DNA of 64,000 nt from Candidatus Eiseniibacteriota bacterium (GTDB lineage: Bacteria > Eisenbacteria > RBG-16-71-46 > CAIMUX01 > VGJL01). The notes under the pieces are model-generated. The model was not told where the DNA came from and ran no database searches. It saw only the letters and a list, made by a program, of their open reading frames with translations. How positions within the stretch are numbered: the stretch's first letter is position 1; each line of letters starts with the position of its first letter. The stretch is from positions 256,001 through 320,000 of the forward strand of contig CAWBWI010000002.1 in the NCBI GenBank assembly GCA_963792585.1, read 5' to 3'. The position numbers and the translations under genes were made by a program. Shown here in pieces: positions 40,738 to 51,101 of this stretch.

Positions 40738-41633
40738 AGGATCACCCCCAGCGAAAGCAGGAGCCCAAAGACCAGGAGGAGCCTCGATGTTCCCACGAGC
40801 AGCCGGACATGCTCTTCCGGACCGATCGCCCGGAAGCAGCGTCGCACCAGGGGCGCCGCCAGCGGGAGCCCCAGCAGCGGGAGCAGGCCCCCGATCGGAA
40901 GCGACCGTGCGAGCACGAGCGCCACGGGGATCGCGAAGCTCGTCGCGAGAAGCGCGCTGTACTCGATCCGTCCGAAGGTCCGCCCATGACGGGCGACCAA
41001 GGTGAGCTTGCCGGACCGTCGATCGGTCTCCGCGTCGCGGAGGTTGTTGGCCACCAGGATCGCCGTCGAGAGAAGCCCGATCGGGCATGCGAGCAGGATC
41101 ACGAGCGGCGTCACCCGGAGGGCCTGCACGTAGTAGGTTCCCCCGACCGCAGCGAGCCCGAAGAAGACGAACACGAAGATCTCCCCGAGGCCGTGGTAGC
41201 CGAGCGGAAACGGTCCCCCTGTGTACGCAAGCCCCGACAGGAGTGACAGGATTCCGACGGCCGCGATCGGCCATCCTGCGACGGCGACCAGGTAGATCCC
41301 GCACAGGAAGGCGATCCCGCATGCGATCGCCGTTGCGGACCGGATCTGCCTCCGCGTCACCAGCCCCGCTTGGGTGACGCGGATCGGGCCCTGCCGTTCG
41401 CGGTCGGCGCCTTTCACCGCGTCGAAGTAGTCATTGGCGAAGTTCGTGCCGATCTGGATCGCGATCGCGCCGAGAAGGGCCGCAAGGGCGGGGAGGAGCC
41501 GGAACGCGCCGTCCGCCCTCGCGAGGGCCGTCCCGACGACCACCGGTAGGATCGCGGCCGTCAAGGTGCGTGGCCGCGACGCCATCGCCCAGATCATGAG
41601 CGAGGATGGGCGAGTCGCAGCGGAGTCCATCAT
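40734..41633 (-). CDS. menA: 1,4-dihydroxy-2-naphthoate prenyltransferase
   Basis: RPRTL, QIGTNFANDYFD, YTGGPFPLGYHGLGE, ANNLRDAETD. Confidence 0.95.
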   Translation of the reverse strand: MMDSAATRPSSLMIWAMASRPRTLTAAILPVVVGTALARADGAFRLLPALAALLGAIAIQIGTNFANDYFDAVKGADRERQGPIRVTQAGLVTRRQIRSATAIACGIAFLCGIYLVAVAGWPIAAVGILSLLSGLAYTGGPFPLGYHGLGEIFVFVFFGLAAVGGTYYVQALRVTPLVILLACPIGLLSTAILVANNLRDAETDRRSGKLTLVARHGRTFGRIEYSALLATSFAIPVALVLARSLPIGGLLPLLGLPLAAPLVRRCFRAIGPEEHVRLLVGTSRLLLVFGLLLSLGVIL

Positions 41634-41636
41634 CTC

Positions 41637-42467
41637 CTAGGGGAGGCGGGGGAAGCGGGAGAAATCGGGCTTACGCTTCTCGAGATAGGCGTTGCGCCCC
41701 TCCTGCGCCTCCTCGCTCATGTAGTAGAGCATGGTCGCGTTGCCGGCAAGTTCCTGGATTCCCGCCTCGCCGTCGGTGCGGGCATTGAACGCGGACTTCA
41801 GACACCGCAGCGCCAGAGGCGAGTGCTGGAGGATCTCCTCGCACCAGCGGAGCGTCTCCCTCTCGAGATCGGCCAGAGGAACGACGGCGTTCACCAGACC
41901 CATTTCGAACGCCTGGCGCGCGTCGTACTGGCGACAGAGAAACCAGACCTCCTTCGCCCGCTTCGGGCCGATCAGGTCCGCAAGCACGCTCGCGCCGAAT
42001 CCGCCGTCGAAGCTGCCGACCCGCGGTCCGGTCTGGCCGAAGCGGGCGTTGTCGGCCGCAATCGTCAGATCGCATACCAGGTGGAGGACGTGACCGCCGC
42101 CGATCGCATATCCCGCAACCATCGCGATGATCGGTTTCGGGCAGGAACGGATCTGCCTTTGCAGGTCGAGGACGTTCAGGCGCGGAACGCCGTCGGTTCC
42201 GACATATCCCGCCTCACCGCGGATCTTCTGATCTCCTCCCGAGCAGAAGGCCTGATCGCCGGCGCCCGCGAGGACGATCACACCGATCGCCGGGTCCTCC
42301 CGCGCGTCGTTGAGCGCGCGCGCCAGCTCGAAGAGGGTCGTCGGACGGAAGGCGTTGCGGACCTCGGGCCTGTTGATCACCAGCTTGGCGATCCCGCCTG
42401 CCTTGAGGTAGAGGATGTCCTCGAACTGCCCGACCTGCTGCCACTGGATTTGCATTGGGTCCTTCAC
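41637..42467 (-). CDS. menB: 1,4-dihydroxy-2-naphthoyl-CoA synthase
   Basis: [44 protein letters not shown] start with AAGGAGG RBS (alternative ATG 42455). Confidence 0.97.
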   Translation of the reverse strand: MKDPMQIQWQQVGQFEDILYLKAGGIAKLVINRPEVRNAFRPTTLFELARALNDAREDPAIGVIVLAGAGDQAFCSGGDQKIRGEAGYVGTDGVPRLNVLDLQRQIRSCPKPIIAMVAGYAIGGGHVLHLVCDLTIAADNARFGQTGPRVGSFDGGFGASVLADLIGPKRAKEVWFLCRQYDARQAFEMGLVNAVVPLADLERETLRWCEEILQHSPLALRCLKSAFNARTDGEAGIQELAGNATMLYYMSEEAQEGRNAYLEKRKPDFSRFPRLP

Positions 42468-43312
42468 GAATGGGATCCCTCCTTCGCGGCGAGGGGACTC
42501 AGGAACGAGGCCAGGACGGACGAGAACTCCTCGGGCCTCTCGAGCGGCACGGAGTGACCGGCCTCCGCAACGATCGCGACACGCGCACCCGCGATCCGCT
42601 CCGTCATCCACTCGGCGATCTGAGAGTACTTCGAATCGCGTCCGCCCGCGACCAGCAGAACCGGCATCGACAGCCGCTCGATCGAATCGCTCAACGGCCT
42701 CTGGGCGCCGACGCCGAAGGCGCGCAGGGCCGCCGCAAGCCCGAGGGGGTCCTGAGCGATCCGCGATCTGCGCACCCCGTCGCGCACCCCCTCCGGCAAC
42801 TCCTTCTGCGTCGCGAAGATCGGAAGCGATTCCCAGAGCTCCACGAACCGCTCGATTCCCGTCCTCTCGAGCAGGCCGGCCAACTCCTCGTCAGACGAGA
42901 CCCGTTGAGCCCGCTCGGCGGGAGTGTCGATGCCGGGTGAGGCGCCGACGAGGACCAGGCGTTCGACCCGCGCCATCTGCTGCAGGGCAAGGTGCAGAGC
43001 AAGTCGGCCTCCCATGGAGTAGCCGACGACGTCGTACCGCACAATGCCTATCCGGTCGAGCGCGTCCGCGATCGCAGCGGCCGCCCGATCCATGTTCCAC
43101 CCCTCTGGCGGAAGGGGCGCCGTCGTTTCCCCATGCCCGGGGAGATCCGGCAGAATGCAGAGGCGGGGCGCCAACGCCCTTGCGACCGGTAGCCAGTACC
43201 CGCCGTCCCCCGTGAAGCCGTGGAGGAAAAGGACCGGCGGTCGTTGCGACCCAGTCTCCACGATTCGCCAGGTCAGGTCGCCGGCAGTGACCTGTGTGGG
43301 CCTCAACTCCAC
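42464..43312 (-). CDS. menH: SHCHC synthase
   Basis: [35 protein letters not shown]; lies between menD and menB. Confidence 0.92.
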   Translation of the reverse strand: MELRPTQVTAGDLTWRIVETGSQRPPVLFLHGFTGDGGYWLPVARALAPRLCILPDLPGHGETTAPLPPEGWNMDRAAAAIADALDRIGIVRYDVVGYSMGGRLALHLALQQMARVERLVLVGASPGIDTPAERAQRVSSDEELAGLLERTGIERFVELWESLPIFATQKELPEGVRDGVRRSRIAQDPLGLAAALRAFGVGAQRPLSDSIERLSMPVLLVAGGRDSKYSQIAEWMTERIAGARVAIVAEAGHSVPLERPEEFSSVLASFLSPLAAKEGSHS

Positions 43313-45057
43313 GCGCGAACCACTTCCGCGACGACCCTCCGCATGGCCTCCGTGTGCTCGCGCGCCATCCGTTCCCGGTTCGTCCGGACTTCGATCACCC
43401 GTTTCGCTCGGGAGGCGACGGCCGAGGTGACCGAGGCGGCGACCCCCTCCGGAGTCTCGGCGCGCGCGTACTCGAGACCGAAGATCTGCGCGACGGGCTC
43501 GAGATCACACCCATGCGGCGTCTCGAAGAGAGAGGCGCTGACATCGGGGAAACGGGCGATCGGGAGGTGCGCGAAGATGCCTCCGCCGTCGTTGTTCAGC
43601 AGGAGGATCGCGACGGGGCCCTCGATCCACCGACAGGCCCGCAACCCGCCCAGGTCGTGCAGGAACGCAAGGTCGCCGGTGACGAGCAGGAGCGGGGCCT
43701 TGGTCCCGAAAGCAGCGCCGAGCGCCGTCGACGTGATTCCATCGATTCCGTTCACGCCTCGGTTCACGAAGACATCGTGCCCGGCATCGGAGGACGGAAC
43801 ATACATGTCCGCCCAACGGATCGGCATGGAGTTCGAAAAGAAGAGGGTGGATCGCGGAGGCATCGCGCCGACCGCGCTCCGCACGGCGGCCGCCTCCAGA
43901 GGGACCGGTCCCTTCTCGATGAGCGCCCGCGCCGCCCGTTCCGCACGCGCGAATCGGCCCGGCCACGGCGCGCCCGGGTCGCGGCGAGCACCGATTGCCT
44001 GCGCGATGCGGGAGGAGACATCCCCGGCGCGGCCGCGGATCACCGAGCGGACGATCCCGTCGGGATCGTGACGTCGATCGTCCTCCTGCACGGCGAACAC
44101 CTCGGCTCCACGTCTCGCGAGCATGTCGTTGAGGCCCTTCGATGTGGGGAGCCCCCCGAGGCGAAGGACGACGTCGGGCGCCGGGTATTCCGATCCGATC
44201 GCTCGGGCGATACCATCGGCGTGCGCGCAGATCTCCGGCGCGTCGCCGGCGCGGAAACGAAGGCCCGAGGCGATGTCGGCCAGCACCGGCGCGCCCCACG
44301 CGCGGGCGAGGGCGAGAACTCCATCTCGTTCCACCGACCGGACCGACCCGGGGCCCGCCACGATCCATGGACGTTGGGCCGCCCTCAATCGTGGAATCAC
44401 CGGCTGGAGGGAGTCCCCTTCGAGATCGGTCGCCATCGTCTGCGGTTCGTCGCTGCGCACCTCGCTCCGCCACCATTCCCAAGCCGTGCGCACCGCCTCC
44501 GCGTCCACCGGCGAGGGCGTGAGCGGGTCGGCGAACGGAACGTCGATGTGCACGGGTCCCGCCGGCGGAGCGCATGCTTCCTTCATCGCCCCCAGAGCCA
44601 GATCCCGCAGCGCTCGCAACCCCTCGATCGCCAACCCGGGGAGTGGCAACTCGTGGAATCCGCGGACGAATCCCCCGTAGAGGTTTCTCTGATCCATTGT
44701 CTGGGGCGCGCCCGCAAAGCGAAGCTCCGGTGGCCGATCCGCTGTCAAGAGGATCATCGCGACGCACGCTTGCGAGGCCTCGCAGACCGCGGGCAGGTAG
44801 TTCGCGGCCGCAGTTCCGGAGGTGCATGCGAGCGCCGTGGCCGTTCCGGTTGCCTTGGCCAGCCCGAGAGCGAAGAACGCCGCCGAGCGTTCATCGAGGT
44901 GGATCGTCACCTCCAACCCCGGCGTCTCGTGCGCGGCGAGCACGAGTGGCCCGGAACGGGAGCCCGGGCTCACGCAGAGATGTCGAACGCCTCCCGTCTG
45001 AAGGGCGTCGAGCAGGATCCGCGCCCACAGGATGTTTGCGTTGGGGGGACCGCTCAA
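43303..45057 (-). CDS. menD: SEPHCHC synthase
   Basis: SPGSRSGPL, DERSAAFFALG, CTSGTAAAN, TADRPPEL, NRGVNGIDG, GDLAFLHD, NNDGGGIF. Confidence 0.96.
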   Translation of the reverse strand: MSGPPNANILWARILLDALQTGGVRHLCVSPGSRSGPLVLAAHETPGLEVTIHLDERSAAFFALGLAKATGTATALACTSGTAAANYLPAVCEASQACVAMILLTADRPPELRFAGAPQTMDQRNLYGGFVRGFHELPLPGLAIEGLRALRDLALGAMKEACAPPAGPVHIDVPFADPLTPSPVDAEAVRTAWEWWRSEVRSDEPQTMATDLEGDSLQPVIPRLRAAQRPWIVAGPGSVRSVERDGVLALARAWGAPVLADIASGLRFRAGDAPEICAHADGIARAIGSEYPAPDVVLRLGGLPTSKGLNDMLARRGAEVFAVQEDDRRHDPDGIVRSVIRGRAGDVSSRIAQAIGARRDPGAPWPGRFARAERAARALIEKGPVPLEAAAVRSAVGAMPPRSTLFFSNSMPIRWADMYVPSSDAGHDVFVNRGVNGIDGITSTALGAAFGTKAPLLLVTGDLAFLHDLGGLRACRWIEGPVAILLLNNDGGGIFAHLPIARFPDVSASLFETPHGCDLEPVAQIFGLEYARAETPEGVAASVTSAVASRAKRVIEVRTNRERMAREHTEAMRRVVAEVVRAWS

Positions 45058-46379
45058 TCCTCCGTCTCCGCGAAGAGGCTCAGGAAGGAGGCCGCCTTGC
45101 GCGCCGTCTCCTCCCATTCCGCCGCCGGGTCGGATCCGTGCACAATCCCGGCGCCGCCGATCACCGTGGCCGAGACACCGCGCACGATCGCCGATCGGAT
45201 CCCGACCGCAAAGTCGGCGGCCTCGAGGCCCACCCAGCCGATCGGCCCGGCGTACCAGCCACGAGGGCGCGGCTCGAGCTCGCGGATCGACGCCATCGCG
45301 GAGTGTTTCGGGGATCCTCCGACCGCAGGTGTTGGATGCAGCCGCGCGATCAACTCGGATAGCGAGACGGCCTCATCGAGCCAGCCACGCACCGGGGTGG
45401 ACAGGTGCTGGACCCGCGGCAAGCGGAGGACAAAAGGTGATGCGGGGGATTCTCGCCACAGGGTCAGGGGCGCAAGCGCCTCGAGGATTCCCTCGAGGAC
45501 GAGGCGATGCTCCCGCCGATCCTTTTCGCTCGCAAGCAGAGCCTGGGCCAAGCGGCCATCCTCCGCTTCGTCGCGGCCGCGCCGGATCGTCCCCGCGAGG
45601 CAGTCGCAGGAGACACCGCGCCCGTCGAGCCCCACGAGTCGTTCCGGGGTGGCGCCGATCAGCGTGCCGTCGCCGTCGAAGCGAAAGCAGAACTGGACAC
45701 CGTGCGGGGTCTGTCGCGTGATACGGGAGAAGAGGGCCCACGGGTCGATCGACTCCGCGGCGGCAAAACGAATGTCGCGAGAAAGCACGATCTTGCGCAT
45801 GGCGCCCGGGTCGATGCGGCGGATCGCCTCCCGGACGGCGGCCTCCCAGCGTGGCCGCTCTTCGGCGGATTCGACCCTGCGCAGGGTCAAGCGACGTGGA
45901 GCGGCCCCGTCGCCGCCCGTTCCCCGGATCGATCGGAGGATGGCTACCGCGCCCTCGGGATCCCCGATCATCGCCACGGTCGCTGGGCGGTCCGGCCGCG
46001 CCTGGCGCAACAGGACTTGGGGCAAGACGAAACGGGCGGCGGTCCCCGCCGGCCAGTCAGGATGTGGCCCTGCTGCGGGATCGAAGGCGATGCCCCCCCA
46101 ATAGCGGAGCATCCCGCGGGCTAGCGGCGGAGCATCGAGCTGCCGAAGGCGATCCCGGAGGCGATCCAGCATGCTCCAGACCTCATCGGGATCGTTCGTC
46201 TCCACTCTGTCGGCCGCCCCGAGTCCCAGCCACCGTTCTCCCGTCGCGCTGTCCGCCCAAGCGATCTGGGGGAAGACCCCGCTCGAATCCGGCAGCGCAT
46301 AGAGATCCGATCCCGCAAACACCTCGGCGAGGGTTGTCGGGAGACGGGATGGGTCGATGACGATCGATTCAAGGGACAT
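45054..46379 (-). CDS. menF: Isochorismate synthase
   Basis: KIVLSR, GATPERL, LAGT, KDRREH, VQHL, LHPTPAVGG, RGWYAGPIG, GAGIV. Confidence 0.92.
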   Translation of the reverse strand: MSLESIVIDPSRLPTTLAEVFAGSDLYALPDSSGVFPQIAWADSATGERWLGLGAADRVETNDPDEVWSMLDRLRDRLRQLDAPPLARGMLRYWGGIAFDPAAGPHPDWPAGTAARFVLPQVLLRQARPDRPATVAMIGDPEGAVAILRSIRGTGGDGAAPRRLTLRRVESAEERPRWEAAVREAIRRIDPGAMRKIVLSRDIRFAAAESIDPWALFSRITRQTPHGVQFCFRFDGDGTLIGATPERLVGLDGRGVSCDCLAGTIRRGRDEAEDGRLAQALLASEKDRREHRLVLEGILEALAPLTLWRESPASPFVLRLPRVQHLSTPVRGWLDEAVSLSELIARLHPTPAVGGSPKHSAMASIRELEPRPRGWYAGPIGWVGLEAADFAVGIRSAIVRGVSATVIGGAGIVHGSDPAAEWEETARKAASFLSLFAETED

Positions 46380-46492
46380 CCGGGATGGCTCCTCCGCGTG
46401 AGCCCATCACCGTATCGGATTCGGCCGACCCGGTAAACGCCATCTCGTGTCCATCCAGACGATTCGATAAACTCGCGGCGGGAGGGTAAACC

Positions 46493-47287
46493 ATGAGACG
46501 GACTCGAGTTCACGGACGAATTCTCGTCCTGGGGTTGGCCATCATCCTGTCGGCAGCGTCGTGCGCAACCGTTCCGGTGACAGGGCGCAAGAGCTTCATC
46601 CTCGTCTCCGAAGGAGAGGAAATGGCCCTGGGATCGGACAGCTATCAGCAGGTTCTCTCTCAGTCTGAGGTTGTGTCTTCGGGTCCCAATGCGGACATGG
46701 TCCGTCGTGTCGGGCAGCGCATCGCGAAGATCTGCGACCGGCCGGACTATGCTTGGGAGTTCACCCTGATCCGGGATGATGCGACCCCCAATGCCTTCTG
46801 CCTTCCCGGCGGCAAGGTTGCCGTATACACCGGCATCTTGAAAGTCACCCAGACCGAGGCGGGATTGGCAACCGTGATGGGCCATGAGATCGCGCACGCG
46901 ATCGCCCGACACGGCGGCGAGCGCATGACCGACCAGCTCGCCCTGCAGCTCGGCGGAGTGGGCTTGTCGACCCTACTGAAGGACAAGAGCCCGGCTGCTC
47001 GGGACATGGTCCTCGCTGCATACGGGGTCGGGGGGCAAGTCGGGGTGCTCCTGCCGTTCGGCCGTTCCCAGGAGAGCGAGGCCGACCACATCGGACTCAT
47101 CTACATGGCGCGCGCGGGCTACGATCCACGAGAGGCGATCGAATTCTGGAAGCGAATGGAAACTCTCGCCGGCGGCCAGGCGCCGCCCGAGTGGCTGAGC
47201 ACCCACCCGGGTCATGGCAAACGGGTCAAAGGCCTCGAGACGTGGTTACCCGAGGCGATCCGCGAGTACGAGGCGGCGAAGCAGTAG
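46493..47287 (+). CDS. M48 family metallopeptidase, lipoprotein
   Basis: AAS-C lipobox; NAFCLPGGK, GHEIAH, ESEAD, WLSTHP. Confidence 0.92.
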   Translation: MRRTRVHGRILVLGLAIILSAASCATVPVTGRKSFILVSEGEEMALGSDSYQQVLSQSEVVSSGPNADMVRRVGQRIAKICDRPDYAWEFTLIRDDATPNAFCLPGGKVAVYTGILKVTQTEAGLATVMGHEIAHAIARHGGERMTDQLALQLGGVGLSTLLKDKSPAARDMVLAAYGVGGQVGVLLPFGRSQESEADHIGLIYMARAGYDPREAIEFWKRMETLAGGQAPPEWLSTHPGHGKRVKGLETWLPEAIREYEAAKQ

Positions 47288-47290
47288 CGG

Positions 47291-48247
47291 ATGTCGACGC
47301 CCCACGCTCCCGAGTCCAGAGAGGGAGGACTTCACGCCGTCCCGGATCCGGCGCGCGAGTACGACGCGGCCCGCCGCCGGGCGGGTGTCATCGCCCTGAC
47401 GTGGCGGGGCCTCTTGTCGGTCCGTGGTCGCGATGCGGTGGGATTCCTGAACGGGATGCTGACGCAGGACGTGCGCGGGATGGCTCCGGGCGAGGTGCGG
47501 CCGGCCTGCCAGGTCGACCGCAAAGGGCATCTCCTGGCGGATCTGCGGCTCTACCGACTCGACGACGGCGCCCTCCTCGACGCCCCTGCGGAGCGGGTCG
47601 TCCTGCTCGCGGACCTCTATGCGAAGCACCGAATCATGGAGCAAGTTCGAATCGAGCCGATGATAGACATGCGGGCCGTCCTGCTCATGGGGCCGGAATC
47701 CCCGGCCGTGCTGGAGCGGATGGGGGTGCCTGGCTGGCCGGCCTCCGAGATCGTGGCTCCGGGATTCTGTCATTGGAATTCGGAAGTTCAGGGGGCCGTC
47801 TCCCGGGCGGTCGCCGCCGGGGCCGAGCGGATCGGCGAGAGTGTCCTGGAGCGCCTACGGATCGAAGCGGGAAGGCCGCGTTTCGGACGGGACATGGATG
47901 AGACCCACTTCCCGCAGGAGATGCGGCTCGAGGATGCGATCAATGTTTCCAAGGGGTGCTATCTCGGGCAGGAGACGTTGGCGCGACTTCACTTTCGAGG
48001 CCACGTGAACAGGAGTCTATACGGGGTGAGGATTCCGGGAGAGGCGCCGGCCGTCGGGGCAGAGATGAGAATCGACGGTGAGGCCGCTGGAATCCTGAGC
48101 AGTGTCGCCGGTCCCCCGGGGACGGGGGACAGCCTCGGGTTGGTGCTCTTGCGGATCGGCCGGCAAGATGACGGGCGTCGTGTCGAAGTCGAGGGCAGGG
48201 AAGCGTTCTTGGAAGCACTTCCATTCCGGGAGGGTCGAGTTGGCTGA
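47291..48247 (+). CDS. ygfZ: Folate-binding YgfZ/GcvT-like protein
   Basis: GRDAVGFLNGMLT, RIEAGRP, KGCYLGQE signature. Confidence 0.88.
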   Translation: MSTPHAPESREGGLHAVPDPAREYDAARRRAGVIALTWRGLLSVRGRDAVGFLNGMLTQDVRGMAPGEVRPACQVDRKGHLLADLRLYRLDDGALLDAPAERVVLLADLYAKHRIMEQVRIEPMIDMRAVLLMGPESPAVLERMGVPGWPASEIVAPGFCHWNSEVQGAVSRAVAAGAERIGESVLERLRIEAGRPRFGRDMDETHFPQEMRLEDAINVSKGCYLGQETLARLHFRGHVNRSLYGVRIPGEAPAVGAEMRIDGEAAGILSSVAGPPGTGDSLGLVLLRIGRQDDGRRVEVEGREAFLEALPFREGRVG

Positions 48248-48611
48248 TACTTCTGACGCGGGCAGCGTGTGGCTCTTCTCTGACGATCTGATCTTCACCG
48301 ACCGAATCGCGTCGATCGTTTCCTCTCGATCGATTCCGTTTCGCCGGATCGCGGAACAGGACCTTCCCGACCTACCCTCTCAACGGGGCCTTCTGATTCT
48401 GGACTTGGATAAAGGGATCCCCTCCCTCACCCGCGCAATCAACGTTGCCCGCAGTTCGGGACCCGGCGCATGGCACATTTGCGGATACGGCTCCCACATC
48501 GACGCGGAAGGCCTGCGCGCGCTCCGAGATGCCGGCGCTGATCGCGTGACCTCGCGATCGCGACTGCTTCAAACCATAGAACTTGTTATCGCAGAATCTG
48601 TTACAGGATAG
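48240..48611 (+). CDS. Atypical single-domain receiver-like protein
   Basis: SDDLIF, LLILDL, GYGSHID, AGADRV; conserved receiver Lys not evident; TTG start overlaps the ygfZ end. Confidence 0.55.
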   Translation: MADTSDAGSVWLFSDDLIFTDRIASIVSSRSIPFRRIAEQDLPDLPSQRGLLILDLDKGIPSLTRAINVARSSGPGAWHICGYGSHIDAEGLRALRDAGADRVTSRSRLLQTIELVIAESVTG

Positions 48612-48726
48612 AGCTCAGAAACTTGTTGACCTTGTCTACCTATTATGAGAGTTTCCAACCCGCGTCTTGACGATGCTGCGGATCCGTGATTGTAGGTCGA
48701 GCCATGGACTTTCGAGGGGCAAGCAC

Positions 48727-49764
48727 ATGGATGTAGGACCAGGCCGGGGCTGGCAGAGCTTTCACGAAGTCATCGAGCAGTACGAGCGGTTCCTTCTCAC
48801 CTCCCACGTCTTTCCCGAAGGCGACTCCCTTGGTTCCGAGGTGGCCCTCGCCCTCTACTTGAGGGATCGGGGGAAGCGGGCGACGATACTCAACCCAACC
48901 CCCGCGCGCTCCTGCTACCAATCTCTGGTCGATCTCTTCCCCGTTCATGACCTGGGCGAGAACGGACATGTTCCGATCCCCGAGGACACGGAGGTCGTGA
49001 TCGCCCTCGACGTGAGCCAGTACGACTATCTCGGCCGGCTCGGAGGGATCATCCAGGACAGCGGGCTTCCGCTCGTCGCGATGGATCACCACCATCCGGG
49101 AGGAGAGTTCGGGGACCTGGTCCTGATCGATCCGACGGCGGCGAGCACAGGGGAGATGCTCTACGAGTTCCTCCGCTGGGCAGGGGCCCGCATCACGCCC
49201 TCGATCGCCCACGCGATCTACACCAGTCTGATGTTCGACACGGGTGGGCTCCGCGCCCCCCACACGACGAACCGCTCGGTCCTGATCGCCGCCGACCTGC
49301 TTCGGCATGGGGTCGATCACTCGGCGGTCGCGCGCGCAATATTCCAGAGTGAGAGTTACCCCCGGACCGCTTTGTACCGGAAGGCCCTCGAGGCGCTCCA
49401 GAGTGAACGGGACGGCAAGATCGCTTGGGTCTCGATCCCACATTCCGCGTTCGTCGAGACCGAGACGACCCTGCACGACGGCGACGGGATCCTGGACAAC
49501 CTGCTTTCGATCAGCGAAATCGAAATCTGTGTCCTGCTGCGAGAGGTCGCGGATTCGGGGGTTCGGATTACCTTCCGGTCGAAGGGCAAGCACGATGTCG
49601 GGGGGATCGCCACCCGCCTGGGTGGCGGGGGGCGGCCGACCGCCTCGGGCGTCTTTCTCCCCGTCTCCCTCGACGAGGCGACGAACTTGATACTCCCGAT
49701 CGTTCGGGACTTGCATGACGCCGCCGACCCCGCAGCGGCTCGGCTGGGGAGTTTCCGGGACTAG
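48727..49764 (+). CDS. DHH/DHHA1 phosphoesterase (NrnA-like)
   Basis: SHVFPEGDSLGS, MDHH, AASTGE, DTGG, TFRSKG, LGGGGRPTASG. Confidence 0.88.
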   Translation: MDVGPGRGWQSFHEVIEQYERFLLTSHVFPEGDSLGSEVALALYLRDRGKRATILNPTPARSCYQSLVDLFPVHDLGENGHVPIPEDTEVVIALDVSQYDYLGRLGGIIQDSGLPLVAMDHHHPGGEFGDLVLIDPTAASTGEMLYEFLRWAGARITPSIAHAIYTSLMFDTGGLRAPHTTNRSVLIAADLLRHGVDHSAVARAIFQSESYPRTALYRKALEALQSERDGKIAWVSIPHSAFVETETTLHDGDGILDNLLSISEIEICVLLREVADSGVRITFRSKGKHDVGGIATRLGGGGRPTASGVFLPVSLDEATNLILPIVRDLHDAADPAAARLGSFRD

Positions 49765-49795
49765 CCCTTCGCATTGTGGACTGGAGATCGGCGAT

Positions 49796-49834
49796 GATGG
49801 GTTGATGGGGGGTGTCGCCCCGCATCAACCCATC
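49796..49834. terminator. Strong hairpin after the DHH gene (terminator or REP-like)
   Basis: Perfect 12-bp arms GATGGGTTGATG / CATCAACCCATC plus inner GGGG/CCCC pairs; single copy in the window. Confidence 0.45.
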
Positions 49835-50055
49835 GAGCATTTCGCCGGCTCGAGCTTCTCTGCTCCTCCTCGTCCTTCCATGGCCCCGGGAGAATTCCGG
49901 TTCCGCCCCTCTCAGAACGCGCCCTCCGGTCGGATTGACCGGGAAGAGCGGGTTGCGGGTGGTGCTGCGCACGGTGGAGGAGTGGTAAGGTTGGCCGATA
50001 GGCGGACCGCAGGGGCGACCGAGCCCGCGGGTCAGCCCATCGGAAGGAGCCCTCG

Positions 50056-50535
50056 ATGGAGACCAGAGCCGGGAGCGAGGCGGCGGCCGCCCTCGGACGC
50101 GGCGCGCGGCGTAGGACGGTGGTCCAGATCACCAAGCAGGTCGAATTCAGCGCCTGCCACCGCCTCTACAACCCCGCGTTCGCAGACGAGAAGAACTGGA
50201 AGGTCTTCGGTATCTGCAACAACCCGAATGGCCACGGCCACAACTACGTGCTGGACGTCACCCTCTCGGGCGAGCCCGACCCGGAGACGGGCATGATCAT
50301 CGACTTGAAGGAGTTGAAGGATATTCTCGAGGATCGTCTGATCTCCAAAGTCGATCACAAGAACCTCAACCTCGATGTCGACTTCCTTCGTGACTGTGTC
50401 CCGACGGTCGAAAACCTGGTCATTCGGTTCTGGGATCTGCTCGACGGTCGGATTCCCGGATGCACGCTCCACGAACTCGTGCTCTATGAGTCGCGGACCA
50501 ACTTCGCCCGCTACTGCGGGCCCCAGGAGGGGTGA
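50056..50535 (+). CDS. 6-pyruvoyl-tetrahydropterin synthase / QueD family
   Basis: [33 protein letters not shown]; the [11 protein letters not shown] form matches animal-type PTPS. Confidence 0.92.
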   Translation: METRAGSEAAAALGRGARRRTVVQITKQVEFSACHRLYNPAFADEKNWKVFGICNNPNGHGHNYVLDVTLSGEPDPETGMIIDLKELKDILEDRLISKVDHKNLNLDVDFLRDCVPTVENLVIRFWDLLDGRIPGCTLHELVLYESRTNFARYCGPQEG

Positions 50536-51092
50536 GGGTGGAAGAGCTGATTCGTTCCATACTGATCGAGATCGGAGAGGATCCGGACCGTCAGGGGCTG
50601 GTCCGCACGCCCAAGCGGGTTTCCGATTCGTACCGTTTCTTGACCGCAGGCTACGGCATGAACCCCGAGGACGTCCTGAACAACGCCGTCTTCGACGAGC
50701 CGTACAACGAGATGGTCATCGTCAAGGAGATCGACTTCTACTCGCTCTGCGAACATCACCTCCTGCCGTTCTGGGGGCGGGCCCACATTGCCTACATCCC
50801 GAACGGGAAGATCATCGGCCTCTCGAAGCTGCCGCGACTCCTCGACGTCTTCGCCCGTCGACTCCAGGTACAGGAGCGCCTGACCCAACAGGTCGCCGAC
50901 AGCATCGAGAAGGCGCTCCAACCCCTCGGCGTCGCGGTCGTAGTCGAAGCGTTCCACCTCTGCATCGCGATGCGGGGGGTCGAGAAACAGAACGCATTCG
51001 CGACGACGAGCGCGATGCGGGGCGTGTTCCAGGATGACCGCGCCACCCGCAGCGAGTTCATGAACCTGATCGGCCACCACACACTCCGTTAG
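50532..51092 (+). CDS. folE: GTP cyclohydrolase I
   Basis: [45 protein letters not shown]. Confidence 0.97.
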   Translation: MRVEELIRSILIEIGEDPDRQGLVRTPKRVSDSYRFLTAGYGMNPEDVLNNAVFDEPYNEMVIVKEIDFYSLCEHHLLPFWGRAHIAYIPNGKIIGLSKLPRLLDVFARRLQVQERLTQQVADSIEKALQPLGVAVVVEAFHLCIAMRGVEKQNAFATTSAMRGVFQDDRATRSEFMNLIGHHTLR

Positions 51093-51101
51093 GGGGAGAC
51101 C

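Noticed and set aside
43294..46104. 936-aa plus-strand ORF and similar long ORFs (41-1018, 20023-21936, 27290-28966, 6398-7909)
   Set aside because: Antisense shadows of well-supported genes, expected in high-GC DNA; no motifs.
49796..49834. REP element family
   Set aside because: Only one copy found and no RAYT transposase; kept only as a hairpin.
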